This document shows, piece after piece, positions 42,405-52,521 of a stretch of DNA of 64,000 nt (positions within the stretch are counted from its first letter, which is position 1; each line of letters starts with the position of its first letter). A program made the translations under genes and the position numbers. The stretch comes from an uncultured Gemmatimonadales bacterium (lineage in GTDB: Bacteria; Gemmatimonadota; Gemmatimonadetes; Gemmatimonadales; JACORV01): positions 1,157-65,156 of the forward strand of contig CAVQXV010000007.1 of the NCBI GenBank assembly GCA_963718005.1, written 5' to 3'. The notes beneath the pieces are model-generated. The model was not told the DNA's origin. It searched no databases and saw only the letters and a list, made by a program, of their open reading frames with translations.

Positions 42405-44062
42405 GCATCGGCAGCGGGAGGTGATGGCGCCGCGCCGTCTCGATCGCCAGGTCGTAGCCGGCGTCGGCGTGGCGCACCACGCCCAGGCCCGGGTCGTTGG
42501 TCAGCACCCGCTCCAGCCGCGCCGCCGCGCCCTTGGTCCCCTCCGCCACGATCACCTGGCCGGCGTGCAGCGAATTGCCGATGCCCACGCCGCCGCCGTG
42601 GTGGAAGGAGACCCACGACGCGCCGCTCGCCACGTTGAGCATCGCGTTGAGGACGGGCCAGTCCGCGATGGCGTCGCTGCCGTCCTTCATGGCCTCCGTC
42701 TCGCGGAACGGCGAGGCCACCGAGCCGGTGTCGAGGTGGTCGCGGCCGATCACCACCGGCGCCGAGATCTCGCCGCGCGCCACCAGGTCGTTCAAGGCGA
42801 GGCCGAACTTGGCGCGCTCGCCCTGCCCGAGCCAGCAGATGCGCGCCGGGAGCCCCTGGAACGCCACGCGCTCCCGCGCCAGCCGGATCCAGCGCGCGAG
42901 GTGCTCGTTCTCGGGGAACAGCTCCAGCACCAGCGCGTCGGTGCGCGCGAGGTCCTTCGGGTCGCCCGACAGGGTGACCCAGCGGAACGGTCCCTTGCCC
43001 TCGCAGAACAGCGGCCGGACATAGGCGGGCACGAAGCCGGGGAAGGCGAAAGCGTCGGCGACGCCGGCGTCGAGCGCCTGGGTGCGGAGGTTGTTGCCGT
43101 AGTCGAACGTGACCGCGCCCTTCCGCATCAGGTCCAGCATCGCCCGCACGTGCACGGCCATCGAGTCCATGGCGCGGCGGACGTAGGCCTTGGGATCCGA
43201 CGCGCGCAGCGCCGCCGCGGCCGCCAGGTCGAGCCCCGCCGGCACGTAGCCGTTGAGCGGGTCGTGGGCCGAGGTCTGGTCGGTGAGCACGTCCGGCACC
43301 ACGCCCCGGCGCACCAGCTCAGGCAGCACGTCGGCGCAATTGCCGGCCAGCCCGACGCTGAGGGCCCTGCCCTCTCGGCGCGCCTCGTCGCACCAGCGCA
43401 GCGCCTCGTCCAGCGACGCGGTCTCGCGGTCGAGGTAGCGCGTCTCGACGCGGCGGTGGATGCGCGCCGGATCCACCTCGACGCCGAGGAAGACGGCCTC
43501 GTTCATCGTGGCGGCCAGGGGCTGCGCGCCGCCCATCCCGCCCAGGCCGCCCGAGACCACCAGGCGGCCCTTGAGCGAGCCGCCGAAGTGCTGCCGGCCC
43601 ACCGCGCCGAACGTCTCGTAGGTGCCCTGCAGGATGCCCTGGGTGCCGATGTAGATCCACGAGCCGGCCGTCATCTGGCCGTACATGATGAGGCCCTTCT
43701 TCTCCAGGTCGCGGAACACGTCCCAGGTGGCCCAGCGGCCGACCAGGTTGGCGTTCGCGATCAGGACGCGGGGCGCATCGGGGTGCGTGGTGAAGATGCC
43801 GACGGGCTTGCCGCTCGCCACCAGCAGGGTCTGGTCGTCCTTGAGCTCGCGCAGCGCGGCCACGATGGCGTCGTAGGCCGCCCACGACCGCGCCGCGCGC
43901 CCGGTGCCGCCGTACACCACCAGGTCGTCCGGGCGCTCCGCGACCTCGGGATCGAGGTTGTTCATCAGCATCCGCATCGCGGCTTCCTGGATCCAGCCGC
44001 GACAGGAGATGCTGCGATCCACGGGGGGCGCGCACGGTGCGGGAACCGGGCAGGGGGGTCAT
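42397..44062 (-). CDS. hutU: urocanate hydratase, one frameshift near 44020
   Basis: ORF 42397-44022 reads [39 protein letters not shown] ... [26 protein letters not shown] ... [13 protein letters not shown] ... [12 protein letters not shown]. The first 13 codons ([15 protein letters not shown]) lie in another frame and start at the ATG at 44062. Confidence 0.9.
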
Positions 44063-44087
44063 GGCGCGGAAAGTAATGCTGAGATGC

Positions 44088-44250
44088 GTGAGAAGTGAGG
44101 GGTGAGGGGTGAGAGGTGAGACGGATAAGTGAGAGGTGAGAAGTTGAAAGGCGTGAGAAGGGATCCTCCCCCTCTCACGCCTTTGCACCTCTCACATCTC
44201 ACCTCTCACGTATCCGTCTCACCTCTCTCTTCGCACCTCTCACCTTCACC
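44088..44250. repeat. palindromic intergenic element B (same family as element A)
   Basis: Near-perfect ~35-bp inverted repeat: GAGAGGTGAGACGGATAAGTGAGAGGTGAGAAGT (44111-44145) pairs with 44188-44222. It surrounds the core AAAGGCGTGAGA-14 nt-TCTCACGCCTTT, which has a GGATCC centre. The outer arms are made of GTGAGRR heptads. The stop codon of the lipoprotein gene (44246-44248) lies inside the right arm. Confidence 0.8.
44147..44184 (-). terminator. candidate intrinsic terminator at the core of element B
   Basis: 12-bp perfect stem followed by TTTC on the minus strand. It lies downstream of the lipoprotein gene and upstream of hutU. Confidence 0.45.
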
Positions 44251-45088
44251 TCTTCACAGCCATCCTCACCAGCTCCGGGTTCCCCGGATCCGTCTGATAC
44301 GACCAGTCGAAGATGATGTAGTTCCGGCCCACGGCGCTCACCCGCAGCGCCCCGTACTGGTAGAACTGGCCGCCCCTGTTGATCTGGAACACGTAGCCCC
44401 ACCCCGGCAGCGCCTGGATGCCGGTCGCCGCGTACCCGCCCACCGGCGCGACGTCGATGGAATCGAGCGCGCCGACGGGCGCCGCTCCGTACACTTCCAT
44501 CGAGTCGCCGGCGAACTGCGGCACGATGTAGGTGCCGGTCGAGTCGTGCGTCACCGTGAAGTCGTTCGTCAAGCTGGAGGCGGGACCGACCACGCCCAGC
44601 TGGCTGGCGCTCGCCACGAACGTGAAGCCGCTCTGCGCGCCCGCCAGCGTGTCGGGCGTGAACAGGATCACGTTCAGGCTGTCGGGCCGCGGCGTGTCGT
44701 TGCGCAGCGGCGAGGCGCTGCTCTGGATGCCGTCCAGCGACACGGCGGTCACCTCGAAGCACTGCGGCACGCCGTTGGTCAGCTCGCCCACCAGGAACTC
44801 GGGTGAGACCGTCGTCCCCTCCGTGACCCAGGAGGCCCCACATTGGTTCAGGTCGAGGTTGTAGCTGGTGCTGTAGACCTGATAGAAGTTGAAGTCGTTC
44901 GGATCCGACGTGAACGCGTTGTCCGACCACTGGAGGTCCACTGCGTTGTTGAGCGAGATGCTGTACAGCGACGCCGGCGCTTGCAGCTGGACCCCACCGC
45001 CTCCCAGGCCCGTCGACGCGTTGTGGTCGTAGCACGCCCCGAGCAGCACGAGGGCGGCGAGCGGCAGGTGCTTCACGATCCGGCGCAT
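44246..45088 (-). CDS. hypothetical lipoprotein (beta-rich, possibly FN3/Ig-like)
   Basis: MRRIVKHLPLAALVLLGACYDHN is a lipoprotein signal peptide with a lipobox Cys. The 280-aa ORF is intact and I recognise no catalytic motif. Confidence 0.55.
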   Translation of the reverse strand: MRRIVKHLPLAALVLLGACYDHNASTGLGGGGVQLQAPASLYSISLNNAVDLQWSDNAFTSDPNDFNFYQVYSTSYNLDLNQCGASWVTEGTTVSPEFLVGELTNGVPQCFEVTAVSLDGIQSSASPLRNDTPRPDSLNVILFTPDTLAGAQSGFTFVASASQLGVVGPASSLTNDFTVTHDSTGTYIVPQFAGDSMEVYGAAPVGALDSIDVAPVGGYAATGIQALPGWGYVFQINRGGQFYQYGALRVSAVGRNYIIFDWSYQTDPGNPELVRMAVKR

Positions 45089-45255
45089 CGGGCGCTCCGG
45101 CTAAGGGTCGACCACATTGAACGCACGGGGCGTGCCCGTGGCCATGGCACGCGTAAATACCTGTGGCGCCACGTGATACGCGCCAGCCAGTGACGTGGAA
45201 CACGACCGCAATGTCCTATCCCGCGGACACCTCGGCGTGTCCCGCTCCGCCGCGC

Positions 45256-48115
45256 TCATTGCGGCGGCAGGTTCCGCTGGTCGTAGTCGAACTTGATCTC
45301 CGGCTGGTCGATCAGCGTGATGTTGAAGTTGAAGACCACGTTCCCATTGGGCGATTCCACGAAGCTGAAGGTGGCGCGCCAGTCGTGAAGGTCGCGCACC
45401 AGCCGCAGCACGTGCGAGGCGAACTGGCCCTTCTGGATGTCGTACAGCGTCTCCCACGACACCGACCAGTGCTTGGTGGGCTGGAAGCTGATGTTGCCGC
45501 TGATGGTGCTCTGCGGCGGGACGACCGACACCACCTGGCCCGTGCGCCGCGCGATCGCGGAATCGATCGGGCGCTGGCGCGCGAGGTCGAAGGCGATCGA
45601 GGCGTTGAACGAGGACGTCCCGGCGCGCGGCCCGAGCTGGCCCAGTCCCGGCGGAGGGGCGTTGAGCGTGCCCCGTTGATACGCGTTGGAGAAGCCCGCG
45701 GGCACCGTGAGCGTGTCGCCGGCGGCGTGCGTGGTGTCGCGGCGCGCGGCCTCCGCGGTCTTCGCCGGCGGTGGACTGGTCAGGCCGAGGAAGGCGCCGA
45801 TGGTCTGCAACAGGCTCGGGCCGACGCCGAAACGCACCGACACGCTGGTCAGGTACGGGTGGAACTTCGAGCTGGCCACCCCCGCCGGGCCGTCGAACAG
45901 CGCGTGGGAGGTCGAGAGGCTGAAGCCGCTCAGCAGGTCGGTCGAGAACGTGTTCGACAGGGTCCCGGTCGTCCAGCCCGTGAACCCCTTCTTCTTCGCC
46001 TGCTCGAGGTCCACGCCCACGCCGCTGGTCTGGATCGAAAGCAGCTTGATCTTCTTGGCCTCCGGCTCGGGCGCGCCGGACGTGTCGGCGCCGGGCGGCA
46101 GGGGTGGCGGGCGCAGCTTGGCCTCGAAGTTCTGGTTGAGGCCAAAGGTGAGCGATCTGGGTCGCGCTGCTCCGGGTGGTCAAGACCGGGCCGCCGTTCG
46201 CCAAGGCGCGGGCATAGTTGAGCGGGATGTTCGCGGCCGGCGCGAACGACCAGGCGATGCTCGGCGAGAAGGAGTGGCGGATGCGCGCGATGGGGCCGAA
46301 GCCCGGGAACAGGCCGAAGAAGGTGGGCGCCACCGACATCGAGTAGCCGAGCCGCTTGCCCTGGGTCACGAACGTGCCGCCGGTGAACCGGTTGCGGAGC
46401 ATGTACGGGCCCGACGCGGTGTTCACGATGTTCACCGACGGCTGGAGGTTCCAGGAGCCCTGCAGCAGCTCCGGCAGGTTGATCCCGGTGCTCCAGTCGA
46501 AATCCGTCTCGTACGTCTGGTCGTAGGTGCGCACCAGGCGCCGGGACGTGTCCGACGGATCGGCGATGGTGTCCACGAGCCGCTGGTTGCTCCACTGATC
46601 CGACACCGAGATGGCGTTGCTCCAGTTCCAGCGCCCGACCCGCAGCGGCGTCGAGAGCTGGATGGACGTCTGCCGGTTGCTCGCCAGGCGCACCGACGTG
46701 TCGCCCGGCACGGCGGTGTAGAACGTGTTGGCCGGCGGATTGGTGGACGGGCCGTTCGACAGCAGCGCGTTGCTCAGGCTGAACGTCGGACTCCAAGTCG
46801 CGTCCTGCGAGATGGCGATGGGGTTGGGCGTGAAGGACACGGTCGGGAAGTTCGTCGTGACCCGGGGGTCGTTGAGGTCCTGGGTGCGGCTGCCGCCCAG
46901 CGACAGGGAGCCCCAGGGGAACTTCTGCTGGAAGTTCACCCGGCTGTCGATGGTCGAGACCGCGAGCACCGGGTCCAGCGTGTTGCGCGAGATCACCGAC
47001 GAGCTGGTCGCGTAGTTGATGGACGCCGTGAGCTGGCTCTCCAGCGAGAATTGCTGCTGGTGGCTCCACTGGATCTGCTCGCTGCTGCGGCCCGAGAACT
47101 CGTGGTACTCGGTGAACGACATGTACCCGGACATGAACTGGTTGAGCCAGCGGTACCGGAAGACGCCGTTCAGCGTGAGGTACTGGGTCGAGAACCACTC
47201 CGTCGTGACCTGGGCGTCGGTGTAGTCGTTGATGGCCCAGTAGTAGCCCAGGTTCCGGATGTCGCGGTGGAAGTTGCGCGACGTGCGCACGATGTCGTTC
47301 AGGCCGAAGCTCGGCGGGATGAGGCCCGAGTGGCGTCCCCGGTGCATGTCCTGGAAGATGAACGGCAGCCAGAGGATCGGCACGTCGGCCACGTACAGGA
47401 TGGCCGGGCGGGCCACCATCAGGGTCTTCGACACCCACTTCACCTCGCGGGCGGCGAAGTGGTAGTGCGGATCGGGGAGGTCGCAGCTGGTGATGTTGGA
47501 GCTGGCCGCGTAGATCCGGCCCTGCTCGTTGTCCACGGCGAGGTTGCCGCGGAGGTACCAGGTCGCCGAGCCTTCCTTGAAGTCGGTGGTGGCCGTGCCG
47601 ATGAGGCCCGCGTGGTTGCAGGCGTCGTACAGCATGCCGTGGCCGATCACGACGCCGGTCGCGTCGAACAGCTGCGGCCCGCCGATCGCGTGGATGGCGC
47701 AGTTCGTCTGGGCGTAGTTGATGGTGTCGGCCTGCAGGGTCGTGTTGTCGCGCGCCACGAGCCCGCGTCCGCTCATCCGGATTTCCTTGGGCCCCGGCAG
47801 GAACTGCACCGAGTCGGCGCTGTAGCGCGTGATGCGGTAATCGACCGAGTCCAGCAGCGCCTGCTCGACCGAATCGGGCGCCTGGAAACTGCGCGAGGGA
47901 CCGCTGGGCAGGCCCGCGCCGCGGCCCACCTTGCCGGTATCGGAGGCCGAGCTGTCGCGGCGCTGGGTGGAGGTGTCGCCCGGCGCCCGGGCGACCGGCT
48001 GCCCCGGGACGGCCGGCTGCCCCGGGAGCGGCGGCTTCCCGCGCGGCACCTGGCCCACCGCCGGAACGGCGAAGAGCGCCAGCGCGAGCACCAGCACGCC
48101 CCGGCGCGCGGGCAC
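45256..48115 (-). CDS. lptD: LPS-assembly outer-membrane protein LptD (OstA family), one frameshift near 46140
   Basis: The GTG at 48115 gives a signal peptide (PARRGVLVLALALFAVPAVGQ) and an OstA-like N-domain (ADSVQFLPGPKEIRMSGRGLVARDNTTLQADTINY). The long beta-barrel part follows (ITSCDLPDPHYHFAAREVKWVSK ... LYVADVPILWLPFIF). The C-terminus lies in ORF 45256-46020. Confidence 0.65.
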
Positions 48116-48116
48116 C

Positions 48117-48909
48117 CTACGCCTCGCCCGCGGCGGCGACCTCGTCTCCGGCGGCCGCCTCCGTGCGCGCGCGGCGGCGCTCCATGATGCGCGCCACGAC
48201 CACCGTGATTTCGTAGAGCAGCTGCACCGGCACCATCATCAGCGTCATCGAGATCAGGTCGGGCGGGGCCAGCACCATCGAGAGGAACGCGTTGCCCGCG
48301 ATCGCGAACCGGCGGTTGTGGCTCAGGAACGCGGCCGAGATGACCTTGAGGTACACCAGGATCAGCAGCACCAGCGGCAGCTCGAAGATGGCCCCGAAGG
48401 CGATCACCACCTGGGTGGCGAAGCCGAAGTACTCCTTGGCCGTGACGATGGGCTGCAGGCTCTGCGACTGGAACGTGAACAGCACCTTGATGGCCGTCGG
48501 CAGGATGAGGAAGTACGCCATGGCCACGCCGCCGAGGAACAGCAGCACGGCGGCGATCGAGACCGGCAGGACGACCTTCCGCTCCTTCTCGTACAGCGCC
48601 GGCGAGAGGAACCGCCACAGCTGCCAGATGACCACCGGTGACGACAGCACCACCCCCACGAAGAACGCCAGCTTGAGGGTGATCATGAACGGCTCGATGG
48701 GGCTGGTGAAGTACAAGCCGGCCGCCGGCGAGCTCGGGCGCGATGGGGCGCATCAGCAGCCCCATCACGTTCAGCTCGTCCACCAGCACGAAGCCCACCA
48801 CGAAGCCGATGGTGAGGGCCATCAGGCTCCAGATCAGGCGCCAGCGCATTTCCTCGAGGTGATCGAGGAAGGGCATCTCGCCGCGCTCGTTGCGCTTGAA
48901 CCTGGGCAT
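48117..48909 (-). CDS. tatC: twin-arginine translocase subunit TatC, one frameshift near 48720
   Basis: MPFLDHLEEMRWRLIWSLMAL lies in ORF 47773-48909. The rest lies in ORF 48117-48716 (SPIEPFMITLKLAFFVGVVLSSPVVIWQLWRFLSPALYEKERK ... GGVAMAYFLILP ... APPDLISMTLMMVP). Confidence 0.85.
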
Positions 48910-48927
48910 GCGGCCCGCGGTCTCCGG

Positions 48928-49770
48928 CTAGTGCTGCGGCGCGGCGGCGCCGAGCGAGCGGAGCTGCTCCCGCGCCAGCGCGGCCTCGTCCGACAGCGGA
49001 TACGCGCCCACCAGCTGCGTGAACTGCGCCTTCGCCTCGTCGCGGCGGCCGGCGGCCAGCGCGATGGTCCCCAGCTTGTACAGGGCCGCGGCCACGTGGC
49101 CCGACGCCGGAAAGTGCTGCACCACCTGCCGGTACGCCGCGGCGGCGGAATCGGTGTTCTTCTCCGCGGTCCACGCCTCGCCGGTGAAGAACCAGGCGTC
49201 ACCCGCCCGGGCGTGGGTGGGGTAGAGGCTCAGGAACTCCGCGAAGGCGCTGCGCGCGGTGGCCGGGCTGCCGCGCCGGAGCTGCTGCAGGCCCAGCTCC
49301 ATCAGCTGGTCGGGCGCGGGATTGGTCGCACCCGGGGCCGGCGCGCCGGCGGCCGGAGCGGCGCCGCCCGCCGGGGGTCCCTGCACCGCCCCGCCCGGAG
49401 CGGCGGCCGGCGCCGGCGCCGCGATCTGCTCGGAGCGCTGCTCGAGCTGCGCGCGGAGCTCGGTCAGCCGCTGCTGGCTCTGGCCGGTCAGCTCCTGCAC
49501 GGCCACCAGCTGCTGCTGCACGTTGTAGAGATCCACCCGCAGGTCGCCGCGCATGCTGGCGATCGCCGCCTGCTCGGCCGACAGCGAATCCAGCACGCCC
49601 TGCACCAACCGCGCGATGGCCGAGAGGTTGGCCTGGGTGGCCGAGTCGGTGCGCGCCGCCGCCTGCTGCTGCGCGTCGAGCTGGAGGCGGAGCTTGGTCA
49701 CGTCGCTGCGCAGCGCGCAGCCGCCGACGCCGGCGGCCGCCAGCAGGGCCGCGACGGGACGCCAACGCAC
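48928..49770 (-). CDS. ybgF: Tol-Pal system protein YbgF/CpoB
   Basis: The GTG at 49770 gives a signal/lipobox-like start (AALLAAAGVGGCAL). A coiled-coil region follows (LRLQLDAQQQ ... VQQQLVAVQELTGQSQQRLTELRAQLEQ), then a C-terminal TPR (AFAEFLSLYPTHARAGDAWFFTGEAW ... YRQVVQHFPASGHVAAALYKLG). Confidence 0.75.
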   Translation of the reverse strand: MRWRPVAALLAAAGVGGCALRSDVTKLRLQLDAQQQAAARTDSATQANLSAIARLVQGVLDSLSAEQAAIASMRGDLRVDLYNVQQQLVAVQELTGQSQQRLTELRAQLEQRSEQIAAPAPAAAPGGAVQGPPAGGAAPAAGAPAPGATNPAPDQLMELGLQQLRRGSPATARSAFAEFLSLYPTHARAGDAWFFTGEAWTAEKNTDSAAAAYRQVVQHFPASGHVAAALYKLGTIALAAGRRDEAKAQFTQLVGAYPLSDEAALAREQLRSLGAAAPQH

Positions 49771-50426
49771 TAGTTCGCCCCCCGGCTCACCACGAAATCG
49801 TCGCGGCGGTTCTTCGCCCACGCCTCCTCGGCATGTCCGGGATCGAGCGGGTGCTCCTTGCCGTAGGAGACGATCTCCACCCGGCCCTCGGCCACCCCGT
49901 GCGCCACCAGGTACCGCTTGGCGGCCGCGGCGCGGCGCTCGCCCAGCGCCAGGTTGTACTCGTCCGATCCCCGCTCGTCGCAGTTGCCGGCGATGCGAAT
50001 GGCCAGCCGCGGGTGCGCGGCGAGCACGCCGAGCTTGCGGTCGAGCTTCGCCTGGTCGGCCGAGGCCACCTCGGACTTGTCGTAGTCGAAGTGGATCGGG
50101 TCGGCCAGCGCCGCCGAATCCGCCACCGCCAGGCCGCTCGCCGTCAGCGGCGGCGCCGTGTCGGCGCTCTGGCGCTGGACCTGCTGGCGCATCGAGTCGG
50201 CCCGGGTGGCCGCGATGCGCGACAGCGAGTCGGCCCGCGCCGCCGCGGCCAGGGAATCGCGCCGGGCCGCGGCCCGTGCCGTCGAGTCGGCGGCCGCGCG
50301 CGCGGCGTCACTCGGCACCGCCGCGGCGGGCGCCGGCGTGGTGGCCGCCGGGGCCGGCGGCTTGGGGCAGCCCGTCGCCAGGAGCGCCATCACCGGCACC
50401 GCCGCCATCCATGGGTTGCGCATCAT
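49770..50426 (-). CDS. pal: peptidoglycan-associated lipoprotein Pal (OmpA family)
   Basis: MMRNPWMAAVPVMALLATGC (lipobox) ... IHFDYDKSEV ... LAIRIAGNCDERGSDEYNLALGERRAAAAKRYLVAHGV ... SYGKEHP. Confidence 0.85.
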   Translation of the reverse strand: MMRNPWMAAVPVMALLATGCPKPPAPAATTPAPAAAVPSDAARAAADSTARAAARRDSLAAAARADSLSRIAATRADSMRQQVQRQSADTAPPLTASGLAVADSAALADPIHFDYDKSEVASADQAKLDRKLGVLAAHPRLAIRIAGNCDERGSDEYNLALGERRAAAAKRYLVAHGVAEGRVEIVSYGKEHPLDPGHAEEAWAKNRRDDFVVSRGAN

Positions 50427-51727
50427 CCGGCCTCCGAAAAGAATGTACGGCGCGGCGACCACGCCGGCAGCCGCGCCCCGTCGGTGTTGACCACCGGCCG
50501 CATCCGCCCGGTCTCCAGGTCCACGATCCACAGCTGCCGCGTCCCGCTCCGCGACGATACGAAGGCCAGGTGACGGCCGTCGGGCGCCCAGGTCGCGTCC
50601 TCGTTGCGACCCTCGCCCGTGATCTGCCGCACCGCCCGCGTGGCGAGATCGAGGACGAAGATCTGGGGCACGCCGTGCACTTCGCGGTGGAAGACCACCG
50701 ACTGCCCGTCCGGCGACCACTCGGGGCCGTTGGTCTGGCCGGTGGAGCCGAAGTCGAAGTGGGCCAGCGCCTCCTGGTTGCTGCCGTCCGCCGACATCAC
50801 GTACAGCTGCGGCAGGCCGGCGCGGGTCGAGATGAAGGCGATCCGGCCCCCATCGGGACTCCAGGTGGGCGAGAGGTTGTCGAAGAAGCGGCCCACCGTC
50901 AACCGCGTGACGGCGTGGCTCCTCAGGTCGTACAGGTAGACGTCGGTGCCGTTCTCGTCGCCATGGGCGTAGGCGAGCGTGCGGCCGTCGGGCGAGAACT
51001 CGGGCGTGATGTTGACCCCGTACTCCGTCCCCGGCACGATGTCCCGCTTGCCGGTCGCCAGGTCCTGGATCACGAGCGGCCGGCCGATCGGCACGAACGC
51101 CGTGTAGGCCATCGTCCGTCCGTCGGGCGACCACGCGGGCGAGAGAGCCGGGCGGCCCGCCGACGGGAGCCCGCTGCGTCCCTCGCCGTCGGGATCCACG
51201 CGCCACAGCTTGCCGTCCGCCACGAACAGGATCGTGGTGGCCGCGATGCCCGGCGAGCCGGTCGCCCAGCGCACCACCTCGTCGGCCGCGCGATGCACGG
51301 CCTGGCGCAGCGCCTCTCCGCCGGCCGGCAGCTGCATCGTGAGGCGGTCGCGCACCGAGCCCGTGCGCACGTCGTGCAGCTGGATCTCGACGGGCCCGCC
51401 CGCCGCGCCGGGGGCCGGCACCACCGCCACGGCGAGGTCGGTACCGAGCGCGTTCAAGGCCGCGTAGTTCGGCGACTCACCCGGCGCGGAGACCGTCGCC
51501 GGGGGGTTCATCACGTCGAACCGGTCGGAGTAGTCGAGGTCGCGCTGCAGGATGACGCGCACGCTGTCCAGCGTGGCCACGGGCGCCACCGGCAGGACGG
51601 TCAGGCTCTGCCGGGTCCCCGGCGTGTAGGTGATGCCGACCCGCACGCCGTTGGAGACCGTGCTGTCCTGCGCCTGGAGCGCGGGCGCCACCGCGATCGC
51701 CACCGCCGCCACCAGCAGCCACCTCAC
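50423..51727 (-). CDS. tolB: Tol-Pal system beta-propeller protein TolB
   Basis: Intact 434-aa ORF with a signal peptide, a TolB N-domain, and repeated WSPDG/FSPDG blades (SPAWSPDGRTMAY, PEFSPDGRTLAY, PTWSPDGGRIAF, PEWSPDGQSVVF, ATWAPDGRHLAF). Confidence 0.9.
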   Translation of the reverse strand: MRWLLVAAVAIAVAPALQAQDSTVSNGVRVGITYTPGTRQSLTVLPVAPVATLDSVRVILQRDLDYSDRFDVMNPPATVSAPGESPNYAALNALGTDLAVAVVPAPGAAGGPVEIQLHDVRTGSVRDRLTMQLPAGGEALRQAVHRAADEVVRWATGSPGIAATTILFVADGKLWRVDPDGEGRSGLPSAGRPALSPAWSPDGRTMAYTAFVPIGRPLVIQDLATGKRDIVPGTEYGVNITPEFSPDGRTLAYAHGDENGTDVYLYDLRSHAVTRLTVGRFFDNLSPTWSPDGGRIAFISTRAGLPQLYVMSADGSNQEALAHFDFGSTGQTNGPEWSPDGQSVVFHREVHGVPQIFVLDLATRAVRQITGEGRNEDATWAPDGRHLAFVSSRSGTRQLWIVDLETGRMRPVVNTDGARLPAWSPRRTFFSEAG

Positions 51728-52521
51728 CGTGCACTCCGCGGGTTGAAGTAAAAGGAGACCGGCAGGACGTCGGGGCCGTAACCGGCGGGCAACACGCCGA
51801 ACGCGCCGGCGCGGGCCGCGGCCTCGATCGAGCCCTGGGCCTCGAGATCGAACGCGAAGGAACCGGAGCGCTGGGTGAACGTGAGGCCGGTCACGGAGCC
51901 GTCACGGTGGACGTAGAAGAAGACTTCGGCCTCCAGCAAGGCGTTCGAGGGCGGCGGGCGCCAGCGCCGGTACACCGCTTCGACCAGGTTGTGTAGATAC
52001 CCCGGGAAGGGGAATTCGACCCCCTCCGTCTTGATCGTCGCGGCATCGGAACCACCGGGTGCGCCACTCGGGTTTCCGGCGGGGCCGGGCGTTGATGTGC
52101 CCGCGGGCTGACTCGCGCCGGAAGGAGTGGGTTTAGGGGTGAGGGGTTGGGGTGTCGGTGTCGCTGCGGCCGCAGTCTTCGCGGGCGCGGGCTGAGCGCG
52201 CGACGCAGGCGCAGGCTTGAGCGGGACCGCCGGCGTGCGGGAGCGCGGCACGGGGCGCGCGGGAGCGGGCTTGGGCGCGGGAGGCTGCGGCTTGGCGGCG
52301 GGCTGCGCCGCTGCTGCCGCGGGCGACGCCGCCGCCGCCGCGGCGGGCGTGCCGAGGGCCGCGACGAGCGTCACGCGGTAGACGGGCGGCAGCCGCGGCC
52401 GCCCGTGCGCGCCGCCGGCGAGCACGAAGGCCGTGACGACGAGGGCGTGAAGGGCCGCCGAGCCGGCGATGCCGGGAGCGCGCAGATGCTCCGCGGCGGC
52501 GCGGTGCCTCAACCCCTTCAC
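51724..52521 (-). CDS. TolA/TonB-family energy-transducer protein
   Basis: The GTG at 52521 overlaps the tolR stop (GTGA). The protein has one TM segment (GSAALHALVVTAFVLAGG), a Pro/Ala/Lys-rich linker, and a TonB_C-like end (FPFPGYLHNLVEAVYRRWRPP ... FFYVHRDGSVTGLTFTQRSGSFAFD). Its position between tolR and tolB argues for TolA. Confidence 0.7.
   Translation of the reverse strand: MKGLRHRAAAEHLRAPGIAGSAALHALVVTAFVLAGGAHGRPRLPPVYRVTLVAALGTPAAAAAASPAAAAAQPAAKPQPPAPKPAPARPVPRSRTPAVPLKPAPASRAQPAPAKTAAAATPTPQPLTPKPTPSGASQPAGTSTPGPAGNPSGAPGGSDAATIKTEGVEFPFPGYLHNLVEAVYRRWRPPPSNALLEAEVFFYVHRDGSVTGLTFTQRSGSFAFDLEAQGSIEAAARAGAFGVLPAGYGPDVLPVSFYFNPRSAR
52129..52152 (+). repeat. canonical G-quadruplex motif GGGTTTAGGGGTGAGGGGTTGGGG (heptad-like tract) inside the tolA linker
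   Basis: Four G3-4 runs with 2-4 nt loops on the template strand. The gene strand reads CCCCAAC CCCTCAC CCCTAAA CCC and is translated as TPQPLTPKP. Confidence 0.55.

Noticed and set aside
38733-42638. Very long plus-strand ORFs antisense to real genes. Examples are 38733-42638 (1301 aa), 24178-26895 (905 aa), 57939-60599 (886 aa), 53673-56267 (864 aa), 45686-48187 (833 aa), and the minus-strand ORFs 14532-17039 and 33940-36270.
   Set aside because: Their translations are monotonous Arg/Gly/Ala/Pro/His strings with no family motifs. They lie exactly opposite, or out of frame with, genes that carry clear signatures. Stop-poor shadow frames are expected in DNA of this GC content.
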